Origin: an uncultured Candidatus Rokubacteria bacterium
GTDB taxonomy: Bacteria; Methylomirabilota; Methylomirabilia; Rokubacteriales; CSP1-6
DNA: 64,000 bases
Assembly: GCA_963771355.1 (NCBI GenBank)
Contig: CAVYTA010000006.1
Span: 832,001-896,000 of the forward strand
Reading direction: 5' to 3'
Shown here: positions 19,053 to 28,206 of the stretch, piece after piece
Layout: each line of letters starts with the position of its first letter
How positions within the stretch are numbered: position 1 is the stretch's first letter
Notes under the pieces: generated by a model
Told to the model about the DNA's origin: nothing
Seen by the model: the letters and a program-made list of their open reading frames with translations, nothing else
The model's database searches: none
Program-made: the position numbers and the translations under genes

Positions 19053-19847
19053 ATGGAACTGGGCCTCAAGGACAAGACGGCGGTAGTGACGGGCGGCAGC
19101 AAGGGAATCGGGCGCGCGGCGGCCCGGAGCCTGGCCGCCGAGGGCGCGCGCGTGCTCATCGCCGCGCGCGTGGAGTCGGCCCTCGCGGGCGCGGCGCGCG
19201 AGATCGAGGCGGAGACGGGCCGGCGCGTGGAGATCGTGCCGGTGGACCTCTCCACGCTCGACGGTGTGCGTGCGCTCACCGCCGAGGCGCTGCGCCGGCT
19301 GGGCCGGCTCGACATCCTCGTCAACAACGCCGGCGCCATCAAGGGAGGCGACTTCCTCACCACGCCGGACGAGGAATGGCTGCGGGGCTGGAGCCTCAAG
19401 CTCCTCGGCTATATCCGCATGGCGCGCGAGACGCTGCCCCACATGCAACGACAGGGGAGCGGGCGCATCATCAACGTCGTCGGCGCGGCCGCGCGCAATC
19501 CCGCCACCACCTACATGATGGGTGGCACCGCCAATGCCGCGCTCATCAACTTCACCAAGGCGCTCGCCGATCTCGCCGCCCGGGACGGCATCCTCGTCAC
19601 CGGCGTTTCGCCGGGCCCGGTAAAAACGGAGCGGTGGGAGACCCTCCTGAAACAGCAGGCTCAAGCCGCGGGTCAGGACGTGTTCACATTTGAGAAAGCA
19701 CGGGCCGCAGAATTGCCTCTCGGACGAATCGCGCTCCCGGAAGAGGTCGGGGATCTCATCTGCTTCCTCGCGTCGGCGAGGGCAACTTTCTTGACCGGAA
19801 TTACGATCACGGTGGATGGCGGTATCACTCGTGGCGTCTATCTATGA
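19053..19847 (+). CDS. short-chain dehydrogenase/reductase
   Basis: TGGSKGIG, NNAG and DGG motifs; SD GGGAG. Confidence 0.9.
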   Translation: MELGLKDKTAVVTGGSKGIGRAAARSLAAEGARVLIAARVESALAGAAREIEAETGRRVEIVPVDLSTLDGVRALTAEALRRLGRLDILVNNAGAIKGGDFLTTPDEEWLRGWSLKLLGYIRMARETLPHMQRQGSGRIINVVGAAARNPATTYMMGGTANAALINFTKALADLAARDGILVTGVSPGPVKTERWETLLKQQAQAAGQDVFTFEKARAAELPLGRIALPEEVGDLICFLASARATFLTGITITVDGGITRGVYL

Positions 19848-19913
19848 CTTTTGCGACCCGTCAAACGCGCCGTAACTTCGTGAAATAGAGAACATTCCGG
19901 TGAGAGATTTCAT

Positions 19914-19942
19914 TTGACAGCCTATAGGTCGATCAGTAGGGT
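19914..19942 (+). promoter_or_regulatory. sigma70 promoter of the RRM gene
   Basis: TTGACA, 17 nt, TAGGGT. Confidence 0.6.
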
Positions 19943-20072
19943 ATGGCAACCGTTGGGCGGCTCGGTCCGCGAGTCTCACTGGCGGCATGGCAACTCAAAG
20001 CGGTGCACCATACGCCGCCGGTGAGCCGGGAAGCGACTACTCGGTCCCCCTGGATGCGGCAGGAGGTTCGTA

Positions 20073-20405
20073 ATGCCCGCCAAGCTCTTTGTCGGAAATC
20101 TCTCCTTCCAGGCGACCGAAGAGGACCTGCGCGAGCTGTTCCAGCAAGCCGGGGTGGTCGAATCGGTCCGAATCGTGACCGACCAGTTCACCGGTCGGCC
20201 CCGCGGGTTCGGATTCGTGGAAATGGCCTCCAAGGAGGAGTCCTCCAAGGCCATCGAGATGCTCAATGGTCGGCTATTCCGCGACCGGAACCTGGTAGTG
20301 GACGAAGCGCGCCCGCAGCCCCAGCGGGGGGCGGGCGGGCCGCGACCCGACCGGGGGCCCCGGCCGGGCGGGGGCGGCGCGGGCGGGGGCGGCTGGCGCC
20401 GCTAG
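20073..20405 (+). CDS. RRM (RNP-1) RNA-binding protein with Gly-rich tail
   Basis: LFVGNL (RNP2) and RGFGFVEM (RNP1); SD AGGAGG. Confidence 0.95.
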   Translation: MPAKLFVGNLSFQATEEDLRELFQQAGVVESVRIVTDQFTGRPRGFGFVEMASKEESSKAIEMLNGRLFRDRNLVVDEARPQPQRGAGGPRPDRGPRPGGGGAGGGGWRR

Positions 20406-20425
20406 GCGGACCAAGGCACGCACGG

Positions 20426-20461
20426 GGCCCCGGGGGCAGGACATACCCGGGGCCTTTTCTT
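20426..20461 (+). terminator. Rho-independent terminator
   Basis: GGCCCCGGG..CCCGGGGCC stem followed by TTTTCTT. Confidence 0.75.
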
Positions 20462-20492
20462 CGTGGTGGTATACTCAACACATGGAGACTGT

Positions 20493-21485
20493 ATGAATCG
20501 GCCAGGCGTGCCGGCGCCGGGCTTCGTCAAGCGCATCGGGCCAATCGTGGATGCCCGGCGAGAGACGGTATTCCAGGAGCTCCAGAGCGTGGAGCTCGTG
20601 AATCGCCTCAAGCCCGGACCGGACGGGAGCGGCATGCCGTTTGGGTGGACGGTGAATCCCTTCCGCGGGTGCGAGATCGGCTGCACGTACTGCTACGCGC
20701 GGCCCACCCACGAGTATCTCGGCCACGCGGATCCCGAGGAGTTCGAGTCACGGGTGTACGTCAAGCGCGCCGACCCGGTGCGGCTGCTCGAGTCTCTTCG
20801 CCGCGCCCGGGCCAGCGGCCAGGAAGTCGCCATCGGGACCGCCACCGATCCCTATCAGCCGGCCGAGGGACGCTTTCGCGTGACGCGCGATGTCCTTCGC
20901 GCGGTGGCGCAAGTACGCGGACTCCGGGTCGGGCTCACCACCAAGGGCGTCTCCGTCACCCGTGACCTCGAGCTGCTCCAGGAGATCGCGGCCGGCTCCG
21001 AGCTGACCGTGAACGTCTCCCTCATCAGCCTCGATGCCGAGCTCCTGCGCCTTCTCGAGCCCCGGGCGGCGCGGCCGGATCTGCGGATCGGCGCCATCCG
21101 TACGCTGGCCTCGGCGGGGATCGCCACCCGTCTGTTCCTCATGCCCATCCTGCCCTTCATCACGGATGCCGAGCACGGGCTGCGCGACCTTCTCCACGCG
21201 GCGCGCGAGGCCGGTGCGCGCGAGGCGGTGTGGAACGTACTCTTCCTCCGCGGCAGCGCGCGCAGCTTCTATCTGGGCTTCGTCAAGCGCGAGTTCCCCT
21301 GGCTCTCCGCCCGCTACGAGGCCCTGTACGCGCGGGGCACGCGCGCGGAGGGAGACTACCGCGAAGCCGTCGAGCGCCTGGTCGAGCGGCTCGCCCGGGA
21401 GAGCGGCCTCGCCGGCCTCACCCGCGAGGACCGTGTCCGCCGCGAGGCGCCCGCTCGCCCGAGCCAGCTCGAGCTGGTCTGGTAG
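20493..21485 (+). CDS. radical SAM protein, SplB-like/Rv2578c family
   Basis: NPFRGCEIGCTYCYAR and GTATDPYQPAE motifs; TATACT at 20470 and SD GGAG upstream. Confidence 0.88.
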   Translation: MNRPGVPAPGFVKRIGPIVDARRETVFQELQSVELVNRLKPGPDGSGMPFGWTVNPFRGCEIGCTYCYARPTHEYLGHADPEEFESRVYVKRADPVRLLESLRRARASGQEVAIGTATDPYQPAEGRFRVTRDVLRAVAQVRGLRVGLTTKGVSVTRDLELLQEIAAGSELTVNVSLISLDAELLRLLEPRAARPDLRIGAIRTLASAGIATRLFLMPILPFITDAEHGLRDLLHAAREAGAREAVWNVLFLRGSARSFYLGFVKREFPWLSARYEALYARGTRAEGDYREAVERLVERLARESGLAGLTREDRVRREAPARPSQLELVW

Positions 21486-23783
21486 CTAGTCGCCCAGGTC
21501 CAGCGAGGCCTGGACGGGCAAGTCAGGCGCCCCGTCGGGATCCTCGCTCACCACGATGAGGCCGTCACTCTCCGCGAAGGGCAGGAACTTCGCGGCGAGC
21601 TCGCGGAGCTTGGTCAGATAGTAGGCGGTGTTCTCGTCGGGGGCGGACGGGTCCCAGGCCGCCGCCAGCTTCGCCGTCTCGTTGACCTTGACGCGGTCGG
21701 TCTCGCCCGTCACGTAGTACGAAACCTGGTCTCCGGCCTGATAGGGCCGCTCCGCGCGGAGCGCCAGCTCGTAGGCGGCGCCCGCATTACGCCTGCCGGT
21801 GGCGAGCTTTTCGCGGTAAGCGGCCGGCGACTCCTGCAGCGTCTCGGTCTTCATGAAGAGACGCACCGCCACCCGGCGGGCGGTGAAGTCCTCCTCCCAG
21901 CGGCGCACCAGGGCCGGAATCTCCTCGCGGCGGCCGGTGAGCAGCAGGCGGAACATCTCCTCCATCCAGCGGCGCTGGAAGAGCTCGATGCCGCGTGAGC
22001 GGAGCCCGGACCCCTTGACGAGCAGCTTGCCGTGGCCATCGAGGAGCACGTAGTTCTTCATCTTGTAGCTGAACATGGCGGGGTAACGTCCAGCCAGCTC
22101 GAGCTGAATGCCCTCCGGCAGCGGCTCGCCCAGAGCGGCGAGCAGCGCGTCCTCGTCGCCGGGCCCGGCCACCGGTACCGCCGGCACGAAGTAGAGCCCG
22201 TCGGTGTCCACCTCGATCACGGTGGCCCCGAGGGTATCGAGCCGCTCGACCAGGCTCAGCACCAGCCGGCGGCCCTCGGCGGTGATGCGGTTGGCGGCGT
22301 CGAAATCGTTCCAGTGGGAGAAGCCGGTGCCGAGGTAACCGTAGAAGGAGTTGATGAAGATCTTGAAGGTCTGCTGGAGCGCGTTCAGGAGCAGCCGGTC
22401 CGCGGGCGCCTCCGCCTCGCGGGCGAGCCGCTTGGCCGCGATCCGGAACTCGCGGAGGTCCTGCAGCATGGTGCTGAAGATGCCCAGCCGGTCCGAAGCG
22501 GGAGCGAGGCCCTGAGTCAGCATGAGCGAGGGGTAGAGCGACGTGACGTCCACGTGGAGGACGTCCTTCGCCACGCCCTGGCGGTACACCGCCGTATGGC
22601 CACCCGCCACCCCACGCCCCGCCATGGCGCGCGGCACCGCGTGGCCGCGGTGCAGATACTCGCGCAGGAGGAGGGCATCGATCTTGGTCGCGTTGCCCCG
22701 GAGCACCACCGATTCGTAGTCGAAGGGCAGGGCCTGGGCCTGAACGAAATAGGGAGGCGAGAGGATGCCGGACAGCGCCAGCGTCTCCAGCACGTCGTCG
22801 CGGGCATAGGCCATGAGCCGGGCCGGGTCCTCGCGGAACGCGCGCGGGATGTCCTCCGGCGGGAGATAGGTGCGATCCGGTGCCGCCACCCCGAAGTGAC
22901 GGGCCATGTCCTTGAGCCCGAAGGAGTCCAGGTCGCGCGCGGCCACATCGTAGAGCTGGCCCAGCATCCATGTGTCCACGATGTGGCGGCCGGCCACGCC
23001 GTACCGCCGGTACGCGATGCTCCGCTCCGCCACCTGCATGCGGGACGGGTAGCCCCGCAGGGTAGACCCGTCCCGCCCCCAGGTAAGCGGCACTCGGTGG
23101 CGCCGGGCGCGGGCCTCGAGATATTCCAGATCGAAACGGAAGATGTTGTGGCCCTCGAGCACGTCGGGGTCGCGCTCCGCGATCAGCCGCGTGCACTCGC
23201 GCAGCAGCGCCGCCTCGTCCATCTCCGCCCCCGACAGCACCGTGCTCCAGCCGGTGGAGTCGGCCAGCGCGATGGCGATGATGCGGTCGACCTCGCGGAC
23301 CGCGTTGGGAAACTCGAAGCCGGGCGCGGTGAGCACCTCGATGTCCAGCGCCATGCGGCGGAGATCGGTCAGCGCCATACCGCGGAACGACGTCCGGCCG
23401 GTGCGCAGGAGGTACTGGTGCACCGGGTCGGAGAGAAAGAGATAGGGCCCCTGCGGATCCCCCGCGGTCCGGCCGGTGAGCTTGCGCAGATGGTCGCGCG
23501 CGAGCGCGCCCGCGCTCCAGGCCGGGAAGACCGCGAGCCAGCGGTAGGCGCCGTCGCCCTCGAGCGGCGTCACCTCCACGTCGCCCTTGAAGCCGGCCAG
23601 GAGGTCCGGGTCGTCGAGCAGGAGGAAGGGGCGGAAGGGCTCCTCCGTGGCTACCACCTGGCCCGCGCGGCGAGCATAGGCCCGCACCGTGCTCTCGCCG
23701 GGGACGAAGGCGAGGAGGCCGGGCGTCTCGTCCCGACCGAAGAGCAGGGGATTGCCGTAGAACGGGAGGGGGATCGACGTCAA
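21486..23783 (-). CDS. polB: family B DNA polymerase with 3'-5' exonuclease
   Basis: ExoI DIEV, ExoII HNIFRFD, ExoIII YARDD; polymerase motifs DVTSLYPS, KIFINSFYG and DTDG; TTG start overlaps the TPR stop. Confidence 0.9.
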   Translation of the reverse strand: MTSIPLPFYGNPLLFGRDETPGLLAFVPGESTVRAYARRAGQVVATEEPFRPFLLLDDPDLLAGFKGDVEVTPLEGDGAYRWLAVFPAWSAGALARDHLRKLTGRTAGDPQGPYLFLSDPVHQYLLRTGRTSFRGMALTDLRRMALDIEVLTAPGFEFPNAVREVDRIIAIALADSTGWSTVLSGAEMDEAALLRECTRLIAERDPDVLEGHNIFRFDLEYLEARARRHRVPLTWGRDGSTLRGYPSRMQVAERSIAYRRYGVAGRHIVDTWMLGQLYDVAARDLDSFGLKDMARHFGVAAPDRTYLPPEDIPRAFREDPARLMAYARDDVLETLALSGILSPPYFVQAQALPFDYESVVLRGNATKIDALLLREYLHRGHAVPRAMAGRGVAGGHTAVYRQGVAKDVLHVDVTSLYPSLMLTQGLAPASDRLGIFSTMLQDLREFRIAAKRLAREAEAPADRLLLNALQQTFKIFINSFYGYLGTGFSHWNDFDAANRITAEGRRLVLSLVERLDTLGATVIEVDTDGLYFVPAVPVAGPGDEDALLAALGEPLPEGIQLELAGRYPAMFSYKMKNYVLLDGHGKLLVKGSGLRSRGIELFQRRWMEEMFRLLLTGRREEIPALVRRWEEDFTARRVAVRLFMKTETLQESPAAYREKLATGRRNAGAAYELALRAERPYQAGDQVSYYVTGETDRVKVNETAKLAAAWDPSAPDENTAYYLTKLRELAAKFLPFAESDGLIVVSEDPDGAPDLPVQASLDLGD

Positions 23784-24274
23784 TTCAGCATGCCCAGATG
23801 GCGCTGCAGGCGCTCGATCTCCCGCCGCGCGATGGCGTAGCGCGGCTCGATGCCCAGGGCTCGGCGCAGCTCGGCGATGGCCTCCCGGAGCCGGTTCTGC
23901 TTCACATAGACGCGGGCGAGGTTGAAGTAGGGGAAGTGCCGAGGCTCGTAGCGGGGGGCGGTCTTGGCGCGCTCGAGCCAGTCGATCGCCTCCTCGTGGC
24001 GTCCCAGCTCGATGAGGTAGGCGCCGATGTCGTTGTAGGGATTGCCGAAGGAAGGATCCACGCTGATGGCGGTCTTGCATTCGGCGATGGCGTCCTCGTG
24101 GCGCCCCTGGAAGGACAGCGCCCAGCCCAGGAAGGTATGCGCCTCGGCGGTGGGCTGGGCGGCGATGGACCGCCGGTAGCTCTCCACCGCCTCATCGAGA
24201 CGGCCGGCCATCTGATGCGTGTAGCCCGCTTCGAAGTGGGCCTGCGCGGCATCGCGCTCGTCGCCGCCGCTCAT
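23780..24274 (-). CDS. tetratricopeptide repeat protein
   Basis: AEAHTFLGWALS, NPYNDIGAYL and YFNLARVY repeats. Confidence 0.88.
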   Translation of the reverse strand: MSGGDERDAAQAHFEAGYTHQMAGRLDEAVESYRRSIAAQPTAEAHTFLGWALSFQGRHEDAIAECKTAISVDPSFGNPYNDIGAYLIELGRHEEAIDWLERAKTAPRYEPRHFPYFNLARVYVKQNRLREAIAELRRALGIEPRYAIARREIERLQRHLGMLN

Positions 24275-24888
24275 GGCGGCGCGGGCCGGCCGGCCTCGAT
24301 GGCCTTGCGGTAGGCGGCGAGCTCGGTAAGGCCGGTGAGACGCGGCCCACCGTCCACGATCACGGTGGGGATGGCCCGGATCTGGTGGCGCTGTACGGCT
24401 TCGCGATAGTCCTCGATGACGGGCGCGCGGCCCACCCCGGCTTCGAAGTCGGCGATGAACTGCCCCATGTCGGCCCCGGAGGCCTCGACGACGGGGTAGA
24501 GCTCGGCGGGGTCCGCGATGTTCACGCTCTCCGAGAAGAAGGCCGCGTAGAGCTCGAGGTGCAGCCGCTCGAAGACCTCCGGACCCTGCCGGGCCGCGCA
24601 CTTGGCGGCCTCCAGCGCCGGCATCGACCAGGCGGGAAACTCGTGGCGCGGCCAGGGCGTGAAGCGAAGGCCGTCGCCCTCGGACATGGCCTGGCACCGT
24701 CGCCAGCCCTCCTCACGCCGGGTGCCCTTGAATCGCGCGTCGGGATCGGGCTCCGGGCGCAGGGGAAATGCTCGCCACTCGATCACCAGATCGTCGCCCA
24801 TCTCGTCCTTGAGCCGCCGGAGGCGCACCGCCGCCGGATAACACCAGGGTCAGAGATAGTCGGAGTACTCGATGATGTGCACGGCCAT
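24271..24888 (-). CDS. DsbA/FrnE-family thioredoxin-fold protein, probable selenoprotein (UPWC)
   Basis: SD AGGAGG, then MAVHIIEYSDYL-TGA(24852-24850)-PWCY..WRAFPLRP..IPT. The TGA replaces the first Cys of the CPWC motif. Confidence 0.88.
24817..24837 (-). promoter_or_regulatory. candidate bacterial SECIS hairpin
   Basis: CCGGCGGCG-GUG-CGCCUCCGG starting 12 nt after the UGA; one C-U mismatch; GU in the loop. Confidence 0.6.
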
Positions 24889-24967
24889 GGCGATCCTCCT
24901 CGGTGGAATTCTACCGCACTCGCGTGGGACTGGCGGGCGCGGAACGCTTGCCGTATGATCGCCCGGT

Positions 24968-25813
24968 ATGCGAAGCGCGCTCGCCCTCACGGTGCTCGTC
25001 GCGGTGCTCACCATCGGCTGCGCGGGTCCCACCCGCATCACATATCCCAATGTCACGCCGGACAAGCCGGAGAACATCTCCGCCACCGTCACGCGCCCGT
25101 CGGGTCCGGGACCTTTTCCGGCGGTGGTCCTGCTCCACGGTTGCGGGGGCGTGTCACCACAGCTCGAGCGTTGGGCTCGCTGGCTGGCGGATCGCGGGTA
25201 TGTGGGCCTGGTGATCGACAGCTTCGGCCCGCGCCGGGTGAAAGGGGACTGCTCCCCGGAGTCCCCCGACGACATCCCCATCACCGCGCGGCTCGACGAC
25301 GCCTTCGGCGCACTGCGCTGGCTCCAGGCGCAGCCGTGGGTGCGCGGTGACCGGGTGGGCGCGGTGGGATTTTCCCAGGGCGGAGCCTTCGCCATGTCCG
25401 TCGTCAACGGGCCCAGCCTCGAGCGCGCGGCCCGGCGGGGCGTGAAGATTCCGGAGCCCGGCTTCGCCGCCGGGGTGGGCGTCTATCCGGGCGGCTGCAA
25501 GTCCCTCATCCCCCAGCTCGCGATCAAGCCCCTCCTCGTCCTCATCGGCGCCGCCGACGACTGGACGCTGCCCGAGTCCTGCCAGCAGATGGTGGAGTCG
25601 ATGAAATCTCGCGGAGCGGACGCGCGCATCGTGCTCTATCCCGGCGCCTATCATTACTTCGACGTCGAGGGTCAGAAGCTGGAGGTGCTCGACTACGTCG
25701 GCAACGACAACAAGCCGGGCGGCCGTGGCGCCACCGTCGGTTATCAGCCGGAAGCGGCCGCGGGCGCATATCGTGAGGTCGAGCTCTTCTTCGGCCAGCA
25801 CCTCAAGCGCTAG
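24968..25813 (+). CDS. dienelactone hydrolase-family alpha/beta hydrolase, probable lipoprotein
   Basis: LTIGC lipobox-like, HGCGG, GFSQGG, DDW and YPGAYHYFD motifs. Confidence 0.85.
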   Translation: MRSALALTVLVAVLTIGCAGPTRITYPNVTPDKPENISATVTRPSGPGPFPAVVLLHGCGGVSPQLERWARWLADRGYVGLVIDSFGPRRVKGDCSPESPDDIPITARLDDAFGALRWLQAQPWVRGDRVGAVGFSQGGAFAMSVVNGPSLERAARRGVKIPEPGFAAGVGVYPGGCKSLIPQLAIKPLLVLIGAADDWTLPESCQQMVESMKSRGADARIVLYPGAYHYFDVEGQKLEVLDYVGNDNKPGGRGATVGYQPEAAAGAYREVELFFGQHLKR

Positions 25814-25839
25814 CCGGGTCGCGCCACGCCAGCACTGTG

Positions 25840-26571
25840 ATGAACGAGCCCCTTTCCAAGCAGGACGTCCGCGAGCGCGTCTGGCGCGCGCTGGAGATCC
25901 ACGGCGCGGCGCGCTTTCCCGGCGCCAAGGGCCGCATTCCCAACTTCCCGGGGGCGGAGGCCGCCGCGCTGCACGTATCGGCCCTGCCCGAGTGGAAGCG
26001 CGCCCGGGTGGTGAAGGTGAACCCCGACGCCCCCCAGCTCGCCCTGCGGCGAATGGCTCTGCGCGAGGGCAAGCTCCTCTACATGGCGGTGCCGCGGCTC
26101 CGCAGCGCGCAGCCCTTCGTGGCCCTCGATCCCGCCCGCCTGGGCGGGGCGGGACCGAAGGCCGCCACCATCAAGGGCGCCGCCGTGTACGGGCACGGGG
26201 TCACGCTGGACGAGATGCTACCCATCGATCTCGTCATCTGCGGGTCGGTGGCGGTCAACGGGCGCGGGGCGCGGCTGGGCAAGGGCGGCGGCTACTCCGA
26301 CCTCGAGTACGGCATGCTCCGCGAGCGCGGGCTGGTGGGGGAGGAGACCTGCATCCTGACCACCGTGCACCCACTGCAGATCGTGCCATACGAGCTGCCG
26401 TCGCTGCCACATGACATCACGCTGACCTGGATCGTCACTCCCGAGGGGCCGCTCCGCTGCGCGAGCGGGAGGGTGCGGCCCCGGGGGATCTACTGGGACT
26501 GTCTCGACGAGGACCGGATCGCGGCGATTCCGGTGCTCGGCGAGCTCAAGCGGGCGCGCGCCGCGCGCTGA
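25840..26571 (+). CDS. 5-formyltetrahydrofolate cyclo-ligase paralog (COG0212 type)
   Basis: GRIPNFPGA, NPDAPQ, GARLGKGGGYSDLE and HD motifs. Confidence 0.85.
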   Translation: MNEPLSKQDVRERVWRALEIHGAARFPGAKGRIPNFPGAEAAALHVSALPEWKRARVVKVNPDAPQLALRRMALREGKLLYMAVPRLRSAQPFVALDPARLGGAGPKAATIKGAAVYGHGVTLDEMLPIDLVICGSVAVNGRGARLGKGGGYSDLEYGMLRERGLVGEETCILTTVHPLQIVPYELPSLPHDITLTWIVTPEGPLRCASGRVRPRGIYWDCLDEDRIAAIPVLGELKRARAAR

Positions 26572-26580
26572 GGGGAGCAC

Positions 26581-27372
26581 ATGGATCTCGGGCTCAAGGG
26601 GAAGGTGGCCTTCGTGGCGGCGGCAAGCAAGGGCATGGGCAAGGCCTGCGCGCTCGGGCTCGCGGGCGAGGGGGCGCGCGTCCTCATGTGCGCGCGGGGC
26701 GAGGCCGCGCTGAAGGACGCGGCGGCGGAGGTGAAGCAGAAGACCGGCGCCGAGGTGCTCGCGGTGCCCGCCGACCTCTCCCGCGCCGAGGACTGTGCGC
26801 GGGCGGTGGCGCGCGCGAGCGAGGCCTGGGGCGGGGTGGACGTCCTGGTCGCCAACGTGGGCGGACCGCCGCCGGGACCTTTCGAGAAGATGACCGATGC
26901 CCAGTGGATGCAGGCCTTCGAGCAGGTCCACCTCTCCGCCGTCCGGCTCATCCGCGACGTCCTGCCCGGGATGAAGTCCAAGAAGTGGGGCCGCATTCTG
27001 GCCATCCAGTCCACCTCCGTGAAGCAGCCGGTGGACGGGCTGGTCCTCTCCAATGGCATCCGTCCCGGGCTGGCGGGCCTCTTCAAGACCCTGGCGGTGG
27101 AACTGGCCAAGGACGGCATCACGGTGAACCTGGTCCTGCCCGGCCGCATCATGACCGACCGGTTCCTCGACCATCAGAAGGAGCGGGCCCAGTCCGGCAG
27201 CCGCACCCTCGAGGCCCAGATCGCGCTGTCCGGGATGGACATCCCCATGGGCCGCGTGGGCACCCCGGAGGAGTTCGCCAACATGGTGGTGTTCCTGGCC
27301 TCCGCCCGGGCCTCCTACGTGACCGGCACCGCGGTGCAGGTGGACGGGGGCCTCATCCGGAGCAACGTCTAG
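26581..27372 (+). CDS. short-chain dehydrogenase/reductase
   Basis: AASKGMG, GGPPPG and VDGG motifs. Confidence 0.9.
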   Translation: MDLGLKGKVAFVAAASKGMGKACALGLAGEGARVLMCARGEAALKDAAAEVKQKTGAEVLAVPADLSRAEDCARAVARASEAWGGVDVLVANVGGPPPGPFEKMTDAQWMQAFEQVHLSAVRLIRDVLPGMKSKKWGRILAIQSTSVKQPVDGLVLSNGIRPGLAGLFKTLAVELAKDGITVNLVLPGRIMTDRFLDHQKERAQSGSRTLEAQIALSGMDIPMGRVGTPEEFANMVVFLASARASYVTGTAVQVDGGLIRSNV

Positions 27373-27375
27373 GCG

Positions 27376-28194
27376 TTGGTCGTCGCGCTCTGGCACGCGC
27401 TGCACGGCTTCCGTCGGGACAACGGGATGTTCCTCGCCGCCGGCCTGTCCTTCTTCTTCCTCGTCTGCCTGGTCCCGATGCTGTTCCTCTTCGTGTCGGT
27501 GGCGGGCTATCTCCTCAGCAGCGAGGCGGCCACCGGCGCCATCCTGAGCCAGCTCTCGCAGATCGTCCCCGTGTACAAGAAGGAGCTGTCCGAGCTCCTT
27601 TCCCGCATGATCGCCGCCCGGCAGATGTCGGGGGTGCTGGGGTCGGTGATCCTTCTCTTCTTCTCCATCCAGCTCTTCGCCTGCCTCCGCATGGTGATGA
27701 ACGTCGTGTTCGCGGAGCGGAAGGGACGCGGCTTCGTCCACGGGATGATCTGGGACGTGGTGATGCTGATGGTGATCGGCATCCTCTTCGTCGCGAGCAT
27801 GTTCATCACCGACCTGTTCTTCTGGCTGCGCACCTTCGTGCTCGCTCCCGCCCACATGCCGCGACAGTGGGTGCGCTGGATGTTCGTGGCGCTCGCTGTC
27901 GGCTTCAACACCGGACTCTACTTCGTGATCTACCGCTTCTTCCCCACGCGGCGCCCCCGCTTCGGCGCCGCGCTGGCGGGAGCGGTCCTCGCCAGCATTC
28001 TCTGGGAGACGGCCAAGCAGCTTTTCCGCTGGTACATCCTCTCCCTGGGGGTGTACGACCAGATCTACGGCCCCCTGGGCTTCCTGGTGGCGCTGACCAT
28101 GTTCGTCTACTACTCCGGGATCGTCATGGTGCTGGGGGCCGAGTACGTGGCGTCGCTGGAAGCGCGCTGGCGCCGGGGCCTGTTCCTCTGGTAG
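27376..28194 (+). CDS. YihY/BrkB family membrane protein
   Basis: AAGLSFF..L.P and YDQIYGPLG..LGAE motifs. Confidence 0.85.
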   Translation: MVVALWHALHGFRRDNGMFLAAGLSFFFLVCLVPMLFLFVSVAGYLLSSEAATGAILSQLSQIVPVYKKELSELLSRMIAARQMSGVLGSVILLFFSIQLFACLRMVMNVVFAERKGRGFVHGMIWDVVMLMVIGILFVASMFITDLFFWLRTFVLAPAHMPRQWVRWMFVALAVGFNTGLYFVIYRFFPTRRPRFGAALAGAVLASILWETAKQLFRWYILSLGVYDQIYGPLGFLVALTMFVYYSGIVMVLGAEYVASLEARWRRGLFLW

Positions 28195-28206
28195 GTTGAT
28201 CCGGCC

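Noticed and set aside
21486..23783. polB as a marker of a casposon, pipolin or phage
   Set aside because: No cas1, integrase or terminal repeats; codon style matches the host and flanking genes are housekeeping.
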